NCBI GenBank assembly: GCA_963705255.1
Contig: OY970061.1
Span: forward strand, 2,208,001-2,272,000
DNA from: an uncultured Methanoregulaceae archaeon
GTDB taxonomy: Archaea > Halobacteriota > Methanomicrobia > Methanomicrobiales > Methanospirillaceae
Direction: 5' to 3'
Length of the DNA: 64,000 bases
A model generated the notes under the pieces. That model saw only the letters and a list, made by a program, of their open reading frames with translations, was not told where the DNA came from and made no database searches. The translations under genes were made by a program, and so were the position numbers. Of this stretch, positions 63,301 to 64,000 are shown in pieces (positions within the stretch are counted from its first letter, which is position 1; the number at the start of each line of letters is the position of its first letter).

Positions 63301-64000
63301 TCATACTGGGAGTGCAGTTCTTCTTCTGCCGCAGCAATCTGTTCATTGGCCGCCCTGAGCTCGTTTTCTGCCTGTTTCCTTTCGGTGATGTCCTGAACGA
63401 TCCCAATCACGCCGATGATCGTACCGTGGGCATCGTAGTTTGGGGAGTAAATGCTCTTTACCCACCCTTTTTTGCCCGTGGACCCGATGGTGAATTCGAA
63501 ATCGGCCGACTCCGCAGTGAGGCCTGTCAACGCCTGCTGCATCAGGAGATCGATCTCCTTATCCTTAAGGAAGGGAAATACCTCGGCAGTCTTTTTTTCC
63601 AGTACATCTGCAACCTTCATGCCGGTCATCTCTTCCATAAACCGGTTCCAGAGCGTGATCCGCAGGTCCCGGTCATACACGATGATCCCCTCTTTTGCAT
63701 CCGTGATCACCGTCCGCAGAAATTCTTCGGAACCCCGGATCTTCTCCTCACTCGCCCGCACGGCATCTTCCGCCCGTTTGCGCTCGGTGATGTCTGAAAG
63801 GAAGACAAGGTCTGCCGGTTGTCTGTTCCAGGTAATCAGGCTGGCATTGGTCTCCATCCATAGAACATTTCCTTCTTTGGAAACTATCCGGAATACATAA
63901 TTATCTTTCAGAATCTCTTCAGTAAGACGCCGTCTGTACTGTTCCCCGACAATGGTACGATCGTCAGGATGAACGAATTCCAGGAATGGTTTTTGTGCAA
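60366..64000 (-). CDS. Multi-PAS sensor histidine kinase (5' end beyond window)
   Basis: At least seven PAS/PAC units ending DITERK, H-box ITRHDINNQL, N box DNAVRYG, DDGNGI, TGLGLFL; frame appears to stay open to the window edge. Confidence 0.93.
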   Translation of the reverse strand, partial: AQKPFLEFVHPDDRTIVGEQYRRRLTEEILKDNYVFRIVSKEGNVLWMETNASLITWNRQPADLVFLSDITERKRAEDAVRASEEKIRGSEEFLRTVITDAKEGIIVYDRDLRITLWNRFMEEMTGMKVADVLEKKTAEVFPFLKDKEIDLLMQQALTGLTAESADFEFTIGSTGKKGWVKSIYSPNYDAHGTIIGVIGIVQDITERKQAENELRAANEQIAAAEEELHSQYDELKKNQQIIKESEEFNRSLVENLPDYVIVYGPDGNILYVNPTSVAALGYTAEELIGKPVLSYVAEDYRDMVIARLASRKTDSNVPAYEIAIVRKDGLRRSMIVQGTHIQYRNTTATLLVLTDITERSRAEEALKESEGKFRALVDQSLDGIVIVDFAGTILFANNSAQQFTESTRDQMGKVNVLDIIAPEFRINALNDFARVAAGNDGYLVNYKILNRENKDMWIECIGKKISFAGSAAVILSIRDITARKLAEDALRESEDRYRTLIENADEAIFVIQDGRIRYANPKLEEIGKYTVEELAQKPFLEFVHPDDRTMIGEYHKRRLNGEPLNNRYAFRIVSKEGSVLWMEINASLITWNGRPGILVLLSDITERKRTEEELRESEEKYRTLIDITLDGILILDLTGTILFGNRAAGRIIDAEFAVEMLGTRNVMEFLAPESLPDAIRDFGHVVQGGDAYLVKYKVISTTGREVWIESMGKKITFEGLPAILLSLREVTERHRTDEALRESEEKFRTLVENSLDGILILDLTGTILFGNRAAGRIIDAEFAVEMFGTRNVMEFIAPESRSQVLHDFSEVAQGIDSYPVNYQVISSTGQQIWVEVIGRRIVFQNSPAILVSMREISSRKRMEEELRKSEKKYRDIINKMQDAIYRTDREGKLIMFSPHGVKLAGYDSEEQMIGLNVAFDTYQNPKEREQFLAILKEKGSVENYPLVLKTRYGIPLQVTASSHFYYDDEGNVLGVEGILHDITELRKKEQALHEANRKLNLLSGITRHDINNQLTVLQGYLAILEKKQPDPSLNKYFQKATTAAQRISTMIQFTGEYEKIGVNAPVWQNCRKLVDTATKQAPLGNVTMNNDLPAGAEVFADPLIVKVFYNMMDNAVRYGGKITTIRFSAQESSDNHLILCEDDGNGIPADEKERIFEHEFGKNTGLGLFLAREILNITGITIRETGTPGKGARFEMTVPKGNWRITAKEI
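61614..62111. repeat. Intragenic 120-bp direct repeat (PAS duplication)
   Basis: 61614-61733 vs 61992-62111: 118/120 identical, offset 378 bp (126 codons). Confidence 0.9.

Overview
Archaeal chromosomal window. Gene content (SepRS, Taw1, AglB, SmsCB, and DUF2098/DUF2124/DUF2769-like proteins) points to a methanogen, most likely Methanomicrobiales (Methanoregula-like); this assignment is an inference. From left to right: an MFS transporter 5' end; an N-glycosylation/UDP-GlcNAc cluster (aglB, GT4, acyltransferase, glmS, two glmU-like genes, glmM); cyclase, pcm and smsBC; an orphan DNA methyltransferase; HAD and GATase genes; an MrfB/MrfA-like exonuclease-helicase pair; an XRE/DUF2178 pair with a tandem operator; a queDEC-nudix-hydrolase-aRF1-argS-taw1-sepS run; rps12-rps7-EF2; two cyclophilins, a stand-alone sensor and a PEGA protein; an accessory stress/redox region (P3A H+-ATPase, two DUF2769, hemerythrin, rubredoxin, DUF362, second orphan MTase, AbrB operon, nitroreductase); and a multi-PAS histidine kinase running off the end. 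I count 13 apparent single-base frameshifts, several in housekeeping genes, which look like read/assembly indels. The most unusual signal is a dispersed non-coding element family: three full copies (1102-1628, 34342-34678, 36252-36734) and three fragments. It has ~15-bp terminal inverted repeats, a fixed scaffold, and arrays of interchangeable perfect hairpins, many with GAAGA...TCTTC bases. I saw no transposase, tRNA, rRNA or CRISPR array. All family calls come from motif recognition by eye, not from database searches.
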